DNA of 47,799 nucleotides, from contig JAUCBJ010007106.1 of assembly GCA_032718475.1 (NCBI GenBank), positions 1-47,799 on the forward strand, given 5' to 3'. Origin of the DNA: Nemertoderma westbladi (Eukaryota; Animalia; Xenacoelomorpha). Within the stretch, counting starts at the first letter, position 1; each line of letters opens with the position of its first letter. Shown one piece after another: positions 35,739 through 47,600 of this stretch. The notes under the pieces are model-generated. The model was not told the DNA's origin, searched no databases, and saw only the letters and a program-made list of their open reading frames with translations. The translations under genes were made by a program, and so were the position numbers.

Positions 35739-37459
35739 CCTCCCTCACCCTCATCAATAATCAATAAAAGATGGGTGAGTCTATAGTAGTAGGTTTATTA
35801 TGTAATCTGAGAGTAAGGCTGTCAGACGGGCTATTCGGTCCGCTGTTTGCTCATTAGTGGATTGGATTAAATTACCATAGTGTCCAACCGAAACTGAAAC
35901 AATATGCCTATTGAAATATAAAATTCTGTAGGCCTAAGTGATAGGACTTATGCTACACAAGGACATTAAGATTAACTTGCCCTGTAACAGGCTGCAGGAA
36001 GACAGGGCTGTTTATAGGCCTATACAGTAGTTTAATCTTCACAAATGCAATGCAGTAAAGATACATACTTAACATTTAATTTAGTATCATTACAGTACGT
36101 TCATGTATTATTGGCATACTGGTACCGGTACCGGTACAGTAGCCTCTAAAGGCAACATAAGAACTGATAGGATAAGAAGAATGCAGGACTCAGGTATATG
36201 CTGTCTGTCATTCATTTTTTGAAATGAAAATAATTACATTTCCCTGAAATGAAATTATATACATTTTTTGAAATTAAAATAATTAGGCCTACATTTTCTG
36301 AAATTAAATTAAATACATTTTTTGAAATGAAATTATATACATTTTTTGAAATGAAAATAATTACTTTTCTGAAATTAAATTAAATAGGCCTACATTTTTT
36401 GAAATGAAATTATATACTTTTTTTTGTTGCTGAAATGAGCATAAATGTTTTTTGGCCGCAATCAGAAATGAAATTATATACTTTTTTCTGAAATGACCAT
36501 AAATGCTTTTTGGCCGCAATCAGCCACGGTACCGCTCCCTTGATCTATTAATTAATGGAATTTTGGGAACTTTATAAATTGCGTAAAAATGGCAATTTAT
36601 TAAATTCATTAAAAGGCATGAATTTAAATTTATTCCCTGAAATTTTATTATTTGATAATTAAATGGACATATTTTGATTCTAGAACATGTCTAGGGACAC
36701 AAGATCCTTAATTCTATGACAATTGTCTTTTTTAAGAATATCGGTAAATGCTACGATATCTTAATTGACTAGAATTGTTGAAGGATCTGAATTTTACAAA
36801 TTTTGATTTATTAGATTTGCAAATATTAAATAATTAATATTTGAGATGGGCACCGATTTATTCCAGAACTTGTCTGGGGACGTTAACCACTGATTCTAGA
36901 AATTGTCTTTCAAGTATATCGGTGGGTGCCGCGATATCTTAATCGACTAGAATTACAGATGGTCAAAGGGTTTAACAGATTTATTTTGCGTTATACGCTA
37001 CTGTTAAAGGGACATCACGCTACTATATGTATTATTTAATATACGGTATGAGAGCAATATCGCACGAAGCAATGTCAGTGTGAAGAGGCAAGTCGTTTCC
37101 AAGGTCTACCCAGAGCTTGGTTTAGCCGAGACACGAGGATCTGAACTTTGCATTCCTAATACTCTGCCTACCAATAATACTTAAATATAGTAGTGGCTTT
37201 ATTGTACTTTAATAAGTACGGCTATTTCATCTTACTGTAGTTACGTATTTATAATAGAATACGGGCAGTAAGGAAAGAGAAAAAATAATTATTTCTTCGC
37301 CGTCTCTCTAAATATAATATAAGTGATTACGTACGTAATAAACACGAACATATGGCACTATTCTACAAAATAATCGCTAAATAATATTCTACTAAATTAA
37401 ATAAAACGATTATAATAAAATTACATAGTAATACATACATAAATATAAAAATAATAATA

Positions 37460-39763
37460 CAGTCCAGCTCACCAACAGAGTGCCATCGGATCCGATCTGA
37501 ACCGATCGGATCCAACAGCTTCAAACACTTTCAGACAAACTCCAACAGTCCAACAACTTCAAACAGATTCAGACAGTTTCAAACAGATTCAGACAGTTTC
37601 AAACAGAATCAGACAACTTCCAACAACCTGTCAATCACTCCACCCACACTCAACCGCAACCCCAACTCAACTCCCATCTTCTTGCGCGCAGATAGAATGA
37701 AAGCGTTTGAAACTACTAAAGGAACTCCATTCATAAAGCCACAACAACGACAGAGTGGACTGGCCACTGGCGGCGCCCTTGAACATTCACACTGTAACTT
37801 AAGCCGACCTGAAGGAACAGCCCATTAGTGAGGTCGGTATTTCTCTTTATTCCTGCCGCTATCTTTGAATAACACAATAGCAGAAAGCTAACCAGTGGTC
37901 TACCCCCAATACAAGAAAGACAAGTTGGCTACCATTGAAATGAATGGGGAATGGAATTCTGTGTTCACATACTAATGTTGCTTTGGGTTGGTCTAGAGCC
38001 ATACAATAGAGCTTTACGGAAATACACTTCCAAAGAGCCAAGCAGTGGCGGTATAGGTCCAAAATGCCCATGTAGAATTTCTTCGAATAAGGCTCAATTT
38101 CTTTAAGTTACATTAATTAAAATACTGATAAATATATTTTGCTTTTCGCAGGAGGGACAGTATCCCCCTCTACAGTTAACATAGTGTTCGTACATGTGTT
38201 AGTTATATCGTTGCGTTTATTTATATTTATACAGGTTTGGATATGATCTCTACTAGTTTGATTTTTGTTTTGTCAATTAATTAATTGTGCGGTTAATTTG
38301 TCAATCACAGCCTTAATTGGCTACATTGCTTATTGTATGAATGAATATAATTTAGTTATTAAGACATTATTTTAATTAGTATCTGTTGTGATTAGGTCTA
38401 CCTTTTACATAACAACAGTACGTCAATGGCGGATATACTACTACTACTAAGTCGAGCGAACTCGGACAGTGGAAATGAGATCCTTCCAGGCTTCCCGATT
38501 CTCCATAGTTGTCGCAATTGCGTTTCTCCCAAGTTCAGAGATGGCGGATATACATTACATCATAATATGGCATGGCAGTCACGTGAAAACAAGGGCCTTT
38601 ACATTCCCAATTCTCTATCTAACGTAGGGCCCCGTCCCTACGTCCACCCTCCCTTGTGAAGGGCTAGGGGGGACTTTCGACCCATCATTACTAAAGGGTA
38701 GTGATAATATTCAAAATAAGTTTTCCCATGTATACGTAATTTTATTCTTAAATAGGTACTTGTTTGTTCCAAAATTCTGCCTAAATGCTGCCTTACGCAA
38801 TGTTAAATAATTTATTGTTCTCGAATATTTATTACGTAACTAGGGAACCGCTTAACTACAAACCAATATTGGATATGGAGTTCCGTTTCGAAGTTCGCCT
38901 TGCAGAGACTAAAGTTGCAATAACTTTTGAGTGTGTGAATGTAATTTACTCAAATAGGGCAGGTGCGCGAAAAAATAGTTGGGCTAGAAGTATTACGTGT
39001 AAACCTTTTCATTTCGATGCTCCTTCAACACAACTAATAAAATTAACCAAAAATATTTTTTTCACTCATTGTAATTATATTTACTGTTTGCTTAATCTGT
39101 TTGTGTTTATATCTGTTTATGTGCAGTATTTAGTGCCCTACGTCAAAGAAACTAATATATTTATAGAATTATTTACATTTCTAATTAAATTAAGGAATTA
39201 AAAACGTGTTGGTGTTATTATATTCATTTATCGGAATTTATATTATAGGAATTTATTATTCGTTTATGCATTCTAGTTAATTAATTGATATAATTAACGA
39301 CATAATTATGTAAATAAAAATTGTTAAATGAAACAAATCTTTGTTTCGGTTTATAATTGACAATAGCACACCCTCACAATCACTTCAAATTGAGAGTTAA
39401 AGAGATTGACATTTTGTTAATGAACTACGCTTTTGTAAGGCATTGGCAAATTCCAACAAATTCCGATGGCGTCAAACATCTTCAGACAACTTCAAACAGT
39501 TTCAGACAATTTCAGACAACTTCAAACAACTTCAGACAACTTCAGATAGCTTCCAACAACATCCAACAGAAATTTCAAACACTTTCAGACGGATTTCAGA
39601 CAGATTCAGATGGGCTCCAACAGACTAAACTTGTTGGAAATATTTTCTCCAACAGAATCAAACAGTACTAAATCTCCGTAGGTTAGCATTGTGCTTGTTT
39701 GAAGCTGTCGGAGTGTGTTGGATCCGATCGGATCCGATGGCACTCTGTTGGTGAGCGGGACTG
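37460..39763. mobile_element. Non-autonomous Tc1/mariner-type element
   Basis: TIRs CAGTCC(A/C)GCTCACCAACAGAGTGCCATCGGATCCGATC, TA TSD on both sides, and 10-bp ttcagacaac/ttcaaacag subterminal arrays. Confidence 0.85.
38439..38540 (-). mobile_element. RTE family B extreme 3' fragment
   Basis: Matches 14529-14628, with a 13-bp TSD ATGGCGGATATAC (38426-38438, 38541-38553). Confidence 0.92.
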
Positions 39764-39806
39764 TATAATATAAAATAATCGAGTCACACGCCCACTCCGA
39801 ACGATA

Positions 39807-41603
39807 TTAAGTTGGGGAGTCCCTAGATGTCGGTTGGATTAGGGAAGTGGTCGTGGGAAGAGTTTCTTGCCTTCCATAGTTTCCAGAGAGCTCTCTGTCT
39901 CTTTCCAGTAAACATAAACGACCCACTGGGCGATTGAGCTGTTGAGTCTCAAAGACTATCCCTGGTTTCTTAAAGTTCCGCCGCATGACGACGAGCTCTA
40001 CTGATCGCACCAAACCATCGCTCGAGATATAAGTCTCGATGATACGTCCTGTTTGCCATCGCTTACGTGGGAGATCGGGGTCCACAATAAGCACCATGTC
40101 TCCAGCGCTGACGTTTTCTTGCTGCGCAAACCACTTAGTTCGAAGTTGTAGAGTGGGCAGGTAATGTTTCTCGAAATGGTCAGCGAAACGACGGGATAGC
40201 AACTGCATAAGTTGCCAGGTTCGACGGCAGTACTCGTCTCCGTCTGTGATCTCCGATCGTGGGAGCATGGCTACGGGTTTCTTCAGTAGAAAGTGCGCGG
40301 GTGTTAGCGCTTCCAGGGAATCCGGACTTGAAGAGACTGGCATAAGCGGTCTTTCGTTGAGATAGGCGGCGATTTCCTCCATTAACGTCCGCAATAGTTC
40401 GTCGGTGAGATAAGCGCGACAAGGTACAATAAAGTGGAACGCAGTCTTCACGCTCCTAATCAATCTCTCCCAACTTCCTCCCCACCAAGGGGCGTCGGCG
40501 GCGTTGAAGGTCCAGCTAGACGCTGTTATCCTTAGCTGATCGTCCACCTGTCTTTTGTTCCAGTCCTTTACGTAAGCTTGAATTTCGTTGTTGGCGCCAA
40601 TGAAGTTCGTTCCCTTATCCGATCTCATCGTGTTACTGGTTCCGAAGCGAGCGATCTGTCGTCGTAAACTCAACACGAAGCTGTTGGTGGATAGATCGTT
40701 TACCATATCGAGATGGATAGCTCTACAAGTCATACAAACGAAGATGACACACCATCTCTTGACTATAGTCCGGGCACGATATACTTCAATAGGGCCAAAT
40801 AAATCCACACCGGTATTAGTAAAGGGTGGTTCATAGAAGCTTACTCTTTCCCTAGGTAATTCTGCCTCTCGCTGTGTTAAAGGCCTACTGAATGCTTTCC
40901 TACAGGGTATGCAGTTCCTAAGAACTTGGTTCAGAGCCCTACGGGGTTTATAAAAATAGTAGCGAGTTCGAATTTCGCTCAGAACTCGTTCTCTACCAGC
41001 ATGGTACAGTTTGCTATGAACATCTACAATTATCTTGATTTGTATGTCAAGATTTCTAATGAGGATGGGAAACTTAGTGTCAAAGGATAATGGGGCGTTG
41101 GTTAGCCTACCTCCAACACGTATTAACCCATCTATCATGGTACTAGAGAAGCGATCCCTTAAGCGCATCTGTGGATTTCTTAACAACAGGAAATACTTAT
41201 TGGAATCCTCATAGCATTGTAGAAGTCTCAGCATCTGTTTGTTGGTTTCATCATGCTCCTGGTAACTGATCTTTTCCTTTAGAAACCTGTCGGATATCTT
41301 GTATTTAGGAAGATCTTTAACAACATGGACTCGTGCAGATGTTGATGGAGCATCATCACTATTGGTCTTTGTCCCGGAGTAACGATGATGAAAACATTGT
41401 TTCAAATAGGTAACAGCTTTACAGAGCCGATTCCAGGAACTGTAGTGACGTATCGCTCGCTGCAAGAGAGGTGAGAGTCCTTGCGAAATATCTGGTATTC
41501 CAGATTTCCAATCCTTGTCACGGATTTCCAACGGATTTAGTCGTGGCGGTGGGTTTCTGATCCAAAGCATCCTCTCCGGAAGTAAATAATACCGATAGAT
41601 CAA
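39807..41603 (-). CDS. BEL/Pao integrase (HHCC zinc finger, DDE core, C-terminal DUF5641-like domain)
   Basis: LIRVGGRL, H..LYHAG..CIPC, GVDLFGP, RSDKGTNF, GGSWERLI, LNERPL, LTPAHFL and WQTGRI. Confidence 0.93.
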   Translation of the reverse strand: MIYRYYLLPERMLWIRNPPPRLNPLEIRDKDWKSGIPDISQGLSPLLQRAIRHYSSWNRLCKAVTYLKQCFHHRYSGTKTNSDDAPSTSARVHVVKDLPKYKISDRFLKEKISYQEHDETNKQMLRLLQCYEDSNKYFLLLRNPQMRLRDRFSSTMIDGLIRVGGRLTNAPLSFDTKFPILIRNLDIQIKIIVDVHSKLYHAGRERVLSEIRTRYYFYKPRRALNQVLRNCIPCRKAFSRPLTQREAELPRERVSFYEPPFTNTGVDLFGPIEVYRARTIVKRWCVIFVCMTCRAIHLDMVNDLSTNSFVLSLRRQIARFGTSNTMRSDKGTNFIGANNEIQAYVKDWNKRQVDDQLRITASSWTFNAADAPWWGGSWERLIRSVKTAFHFIVPCRAYLTDELLRTLMEEIAAYLNERPLMPVSSSPDSLEALTPAHFLLKKPVAMLPRSEITDGDEYCRRTWQLMQLLSRRFADHFEKHYLPTLQLRTKWFAQQENVSAGDMVLIVDPDLPRKRWQTGRIIETYISSDGLVRSVELVVMRRNFKKPGIVFETQQLNRPVGRLCLLERDRELSGNYGRQETLPTTTSLIQPTSRDSPT

Positions 41604-44600
41604 CCGCAGGTTTAAACAACTTCGATTTACTCGCTCGAGTTTTGGGTTTAACTTTCTCCGCTCCCTTGGCCTGTCTGATCTCTGCTGTTGTGAGATGAGG
41701 AGGCCATTCTTCTTCTTCCCTGTAGAGAAAGTCGGGTCCTCCTAACCATTCGGGAGTATTTACCAATTCCTTTGGAGTCGCTCCTCGGGACGCGATGTCT
41801 GCTGGATTAATCGTTCCGGGGCAATGTCTCCATTGGTCTATCGTCGTGCGACTAAGTATGATGGCTACCCTGTTGGTAACGAAGACGCTGAACTGACAGA
41901 CTTCATTGGTTATATACTCTAACACGAGTAAAGCTTCGGTCCAATAGACAGTTTTCTCTAATGGATAGTCAATCTGTTCGGTTACATTCCGGCCGATGGC
42001 TGTAGCGTATAGAGCCGCTTTTAACTCCGCTCGAGGAACTTTCAACTTGTTGTTGATTAATGCCTTAGAAGTAACCAAGGCGACTTTGATTCCATGCGGA
42101 GTTTCCACTCTTAGGTAGGCTACTATACCTATTCCCATATCGCTGGCGTCTCCAAACACATGGAGTTGATAGGAATACGTAGGGAGAACATGACCAAAAT
42201 ATGAACGGGAAATTATAAAATCCTCGATAGCCGGCAGAGAATCTTCCCATTCCATCCACTTCTTCAATAATTCTCCCTTAAGTGGATCGTCCCATGAGTG
42301 GTTTTCAAGCCACATTTGTTGTACCAAACTACGAGCAATCAATATAACTGGGCTAATAAATCCCAATGGATCGAAATAAGTGCTCAGTATACTTAAGCAA
42401 ATCCGTTTGGTTCGAACTGGATTATCTCGCTGTTTTAGCTGGAAAAACAGGATATCTCGCTCTGTGTCCCATTTCAAGCCGAGTGTCTTGGTTTCTGGCA
42501 GATCATCTTTGATCAAATCGAGATCTTTCGCTCCTCGATCCTCCGCAGGGATCGACTCCAGAAACTCACGGGAGTTGCTGGTGAATTTGGTTAATCGAAA
42601 TCCACCTCTTTTTAAGCACTCTACCGTTCCTTTAGCGACCTCAATGGCTTCCTCAACTGATGGGAGGGACTTCAGATTGTCGTCCATGTATATGTCTCTC
42701 TTGATGTTGTCGATCACTTCCTTAGAGAAGGCCTCTCTGTTGTCCTCTGCAGTGGTACGCACTACCGAACAGGCGTTGGAAGGGCTTGAGATTATCCCAA
42801 AGGCCTGGATGGTCATCCAGTACTCCACCGGTTTCTGGTTGAGGTCTCGTTCGGGCCACCACAGAAATCGTAGACTATCTCGATCCCTATCTAACACCTT
42901 GACTTGTAAGAACATGCCTTCTATATCGGAGGCGAAAGCAATCGAATATTGTCTCAATCTTAAAAGAATTCCCAACAAAGATTGAAGCAAGTTGGGTCCG
43001 GGTAACAATTCAGAGTTAAGGGATTGACCCATGTAAAGAGCGGAGCCATCAAACACTACTCTCACTTCGTGCGGCTTACCGGGTTTAGGAACGTAATGGT
43101 GAGTTAAGTAATACGTTCTTTCAGTCACAGGTGTTTCTTCCGGTACTCTCTCCGCGTATCCCTTACTAATAAATTTTTCCAGCTGTGTTTGATACATTGC
43201 TTTAGCTGAAGAATTAGCCGTAAGGCGTCGATGGAGTTGCGCGATTCTTTTTTCCGCTAAAGGTCTGTTATTGATGAACTTCGGTTCTTTCTTGCGGAAA
43301 GGTAGACCGACTTCATACCTACCTTGATCTTTGAGGAAACGTGTAGTTGTCTCTTGGATCTGCTTGGCCCTTTCCTCTTCCACCGACAAGGCTTTATCGT
43401 AGGAATTGGGCTCTACCGCCTCTTGCGTAAAGAATCGTACGGCATGTTCATCCCGAATCTTGGCATTGCAACGCTCAATGACGTCATTTAACTCGTCGTT
43501 ATAAGCTTCTCGTTCAGATTGATAGAGAAGTTGACATAAGTTAACTTGGTTTTGCCAAGTCTCGTTTTCTTTAAGGAGATCGATGGTATTCTCCTCATCA
43601 AAAAGCTGGTGAACGTCGTCGTTATCTGAGGAGTGTGGAATTCCCTCAGTTGAATCGTCTCCTTCACTAGTATCATCTTCCCATTCACTCATCTGGCAGA
43701 CTCTCTCTTGCGGTAGTCTTTCTCTGAGTGTTCTACGGGAAGGGCCAGTAAAGTACCAACCTACTCTAGCTCTTACCGCATAGGTCTGTAGGGGCTGCGG
43801 TTGAGCAGGCCGTTTCTCTAACGTCTCCAGCGCCTCATGCGCGTTTTGGCCGATGAGTATTTGCACTCCAGGATAATCAGTCTGGAATCGAGGTATGTTA
43901 AGATGTTGGATGCTCTCATCCTCGTCCCAATTATAAAGGTCTGCTTGAGTAGTAGCGAAGTTCTTTATAGCCACCATTTTCACTGACCTTATGCTATGTT
44001 CTCCTAGTTCGTCTTGTGGGGTGGACAACGCGCCTACATAATAATCAGCTGTTATTGTAGATTTCCAAACTTGCATAATGCCTGACATGTTGAGCTTAGT
44101 TTGGAACTTGGGTTGCCCAGCAAATATATCTTCGGCTAGTTCTTTGTCGATGAATGTTCCTGTACTACCGGAGTCAAGGAGGGCGTTCACTACATAACTC
44201 CTCTCAGGTCCGTGAACCCTTACTTGCACCACAGGAAACTCTCGGATCCCTACATTGGAAGATGGCTCTTTCCAAGATGGTTGTCGTTCAGAAGTAGTTA
44301 AAGTAAAGTCGTTGTCTGTATCTTTTTCATATGTGAGTGCTCGATACACTGCGGTATTTATCATGTAACAGGATTCGTTTTCGTCGGAGAACTCGTCTGT
44401 ATAGAATCCTTCCATCTCAGATTGATCAGTGTCGTTCACATCACTGAATTGGACATGTAGCTCGGAATCACTTACCTGATTCGGACTATTTCGATCGAAT
44501 TCAGCGTGCAACAAGATATGATGTTTCGCACCACACTTTGCACACCTTATGTCAGAGAAACAGGTTCGCCGTTGGTGTCCTTGTCTGAGGCAATTATAAC

Positions 44601-47600
44601 ATAACCGCTTATCCCACATGACTTCGCGTCTCTCCGTTAATGATTTCTTTAGAAATTCATCACACCTATTCAAATGGTGGATCCCGTCACACAGCGCACA
44701 TTTTGGTTTGATGTTACTTACCTTATTCTGAGTCACATTGTGTACACTGGCCTTTTCTTCGGGCTTTCTCACCTGAATTCTCTTGGGAGACGTGGGAGGG
44801 GTTTTTCTTACCTGTTCTCTCCTGTCATTTGCTCGAGACTTGAATTTACTTACCTGATCTTTAGGCATTTTATTGACATAATAAGATCTATCAGTGTCTT
44901 TCCCGCTATCTTCTCCTTGAGAAGTCTGGCTTTCGCCGTCGTCTGTATAACACACTGGTGTTACCTTTCTCCTAGAGAAGGGTTTTTCACTTACCTTGTT
45001 TTCCGGTGTCTTCTCTCGGGATTGCTTGAGGAGTTGCAATTTCACTTCTCCATCCAAGAATGACATGAGATCAGTCATGGTAGGGTCTCGTCGTTGTTGT
45101 TCCATCATATATAGTACTTTCTTATCCCAGCGTGTGCCTACCCCACCTTTCGGTAAAGTAGAAGCCACAGCTCCAATGACCATAGAACTTTGGTATTCAT
45201 GAGACTTACCTAACCAATCTAATTGTCTACAGATCTCTTGAATCTCATCGGAAAACTCTATTATCCCACTGCTGATGAACTTTCTGGGCGCTACCAATTT
45301 TGCATATAAATACTTAGCGATATTATTCCTATTACCATACCTGATGTTTAGTGTGTCCCAAACTTGTCTTAATCCGTCTGGATGTCCAATAAACTTTAAC
45401 GCCATTAACTTGGGAGATCCTTCCAAGCACTCGATGAGGTATCTAAGTTTTTCTCCATTAGATAGTACAGAGTTCTGTATGTTATCTTTATAATATTCAT
45501 TAAAAGGTAACCATTTCATCTCATCTCCATTGAATTTGACTATCTCTCCCACCTTCACCGCTTGCCGGGCTTCGGTTCTAGCCATTTGACGCGTAAAACT
45601 TTCTTGGGCCATCGTGTTATTTAATATCGAATTATCGGTATATAAATTTCTCGGATTATGATCAGGTCTATAGGGAATGTCATTATCAACAGGTCTATAA
45701 TTACCCTTAATAGGGTTCACTATAGGAGTTTCTACTTCGCTAGCAGTATATATGCGTGTAGGCTCCACACCTTGCGCATGCGATACTTCAGACCTAACAG
45801 GTTGACACATTGTTACAGAGGGTGGTGGTATACCCTTTTGGGTATTTACTAATTTATCACGTTCGAGCGCGATACTTTGCTGCACTTCTTGCAACTCTAG
45901 CCTACTTTCCCTTACTGTGCCCTTGAATTGCTGGACAGTCTCCTGCATCTGCCCGAGCAGGATATCCATCCCCCGCCGTCTCTCGTCCACCCATTCGACC
46001 GCCGAAGCGGGAGTCGCCAACGTTGTAGCGGGCGGACGAGGGACAACGGGCGACAAATTATGAATATTTCGCTCGGAGTCCAGGACCTGAACTGTCCCCT
46101 GGGCAATTCTACGGGGCACAGGTAGCTTAGTGCTATGCAGAGGGAATTTAGAGGTAGTTTCAGGGAGCACAGGTGTGTCTATCACCGAAGGGGTGATTTC
46201 AAGAACAGGCCTAATTATTTCAGGCTCATTTACTATAGTAGGAAGTCTTTCTATTTTAATTATTTGGTCTGTGGGCTCTGTACTACCTAAGTTGGTGTTA
46301 TTTAGTTGCCTTCTAACAGCTGGAGGCAAATCAGGCAATTTCTGACGGTGGAATGTTCTTTTACGTCTACTTAGACGAGATCTATTTCCCTTGCCTTCAG
46401 TATCGGTGGTATCGCCTTCCTCAGATGATGTATATCCCTGTCTTTTGGGAGTAGATCGATTCATCATCTGCATATTACTAGCTGTTAACTGTTTATTTAT
46501 GCAGTCTTGATTCTCCTGAATGTTTTCCAATTCTAATTGGGTGGTTTCTTCAGTCGCTCTCCGTTCGGCTTCTGCCACTGCCTCCGCCGCTTTTCTTTCC
46601 GCTACGGCCACCGCCTCTGCTGCCGCTTTTGCCTCTGCCGCTGCCACTGCCGCTGCCGCTTTTGTTTCTGCTTCGGCCGCTGCCTTTGCTGCTGCTACTG
46701 CCGCTTTTGCCTCTGCCGCTGCCACTGCCGCTGCCGCTATTGTTTCTGCTTCGGCCGCTGCCTTTGCTGCTGCTACTGCCGCTTTTGCCTCTGCCGCTGC
46801 CACTGCCGCTGCCGCTTTTGTTTCTACTTCTGCAGCTGCTACTGCTGCTGCTACTGCCGTTGCCTTTCTGTCTTCTATACGTTTTTTCTTTATTTGTTCT
46901 TCCTGGACTCGTGTGATGCGGAGTTGTTCATCAAATTTAGCCTGATTCGCAGCCCTCATTTCCACATCGATGGCATCCAACACAAACTTGGTTCCTTCAC
47001 TATTAGGGCTAAGTCCCTCTAACCTTCTCCTCAACTCGTCATCACCTAAAAAACGTTGATAGTCTGACAGATAAATGTCAATGGCATCCCTCTTATGCGG
47101 TTTCTCTGCCGTCGCTTCACTTTCCACTTGGGAAAAAGTAGCGTCTGTTGATTCTCCATGGGTTGATCGCTCCTCCAGCTGAGCTTTCCACTGAGCTGTT
47201 CCTTGAACCTGGAGACTCACCCGTTGAAACCAAGTCTTTACGGCAACTTGCAACGACGTGTCTTGTCTTCGTTTAGAAGCCTCCTCAAAGGCTGATAAGA
47301 TTAGCCTGATTCGTAGAATTCTTTCTCTAACTTGATAAAGCAGCAATCCCTGCTCTTGAGGTCCTTGAGGTTGTTGAAACAGTTGTTCTTTTAATCGCTC
47401 TATAGAGCTGAAGAATCCCTGTGCGTATCCGGCTGCGGACCTCTTCCACACAGCTGGATCGATGGTTTCCTTGGCTACTCCCATCCGGTGTATGTCTTCC
47501 CAGGCAGCTTCTGATAAATCAAACGGGAGTCCGGGTCCGGGGAAGTTCCATTGCGACTCGACCATGGACTTCAGTTCTTCCCTTGTGTATCCAGCATAAC

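Larger units (their letters stand above)
31471..36531 (+). mobile_element. IS3EU-type DNA transposon carrying a HECT ligase gene
   Basis: About 50-bp TIRs starting TACCGTGGCTGATTGCGGCCAAAAAGCA (1 mismatch), TAC..GTA termini, 6-bp TSD CCGCTC (31465-31470, 36532-36537) and inverted subterminal aatttcatttca arrays. Confidence 0.9.
37002..39788 (-). repeat. Putative 3' LTR of the BEL/Pao element, split by a MITE (about 480 bp net)
   Basis: After the integrase stop, a PPT-like GGAGTGGGCG is followed by TGTGACTC (39788). The sequence resumes at 37459, has a minus-strand AATAAA near 37200 and ends ...TTTAACA at 37002. The 5' LTR is outside the window. Confidence 0.5.

Noticed and set aside
36660-36960. 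Two diverged ~185-bp direct repeats
   Set aside because: Real but unclassifiable old repeat with no termini or coding signal.
37780-38090. Possible Ulp1-protease-like fragment (IPIHFNGSQLVFLVL) inside the Tc1 MITE
   Set aside because: The catalytic HW motif is absent and there are many stops; similarity is too weak to call.
39357-39671. ORFs with FRQFQTTS / SDNFKQ repeats
   Set aside because: Translations of the 10-bp subterminal repeats of the Tc1-type MITE.
46520-47022. Plus-strand Ala/Ser-, Cys/Arg- and Leu/Pro-rich ORFs
   Set aside because: Antisense shadows of the Ala-rich Gag repeat.
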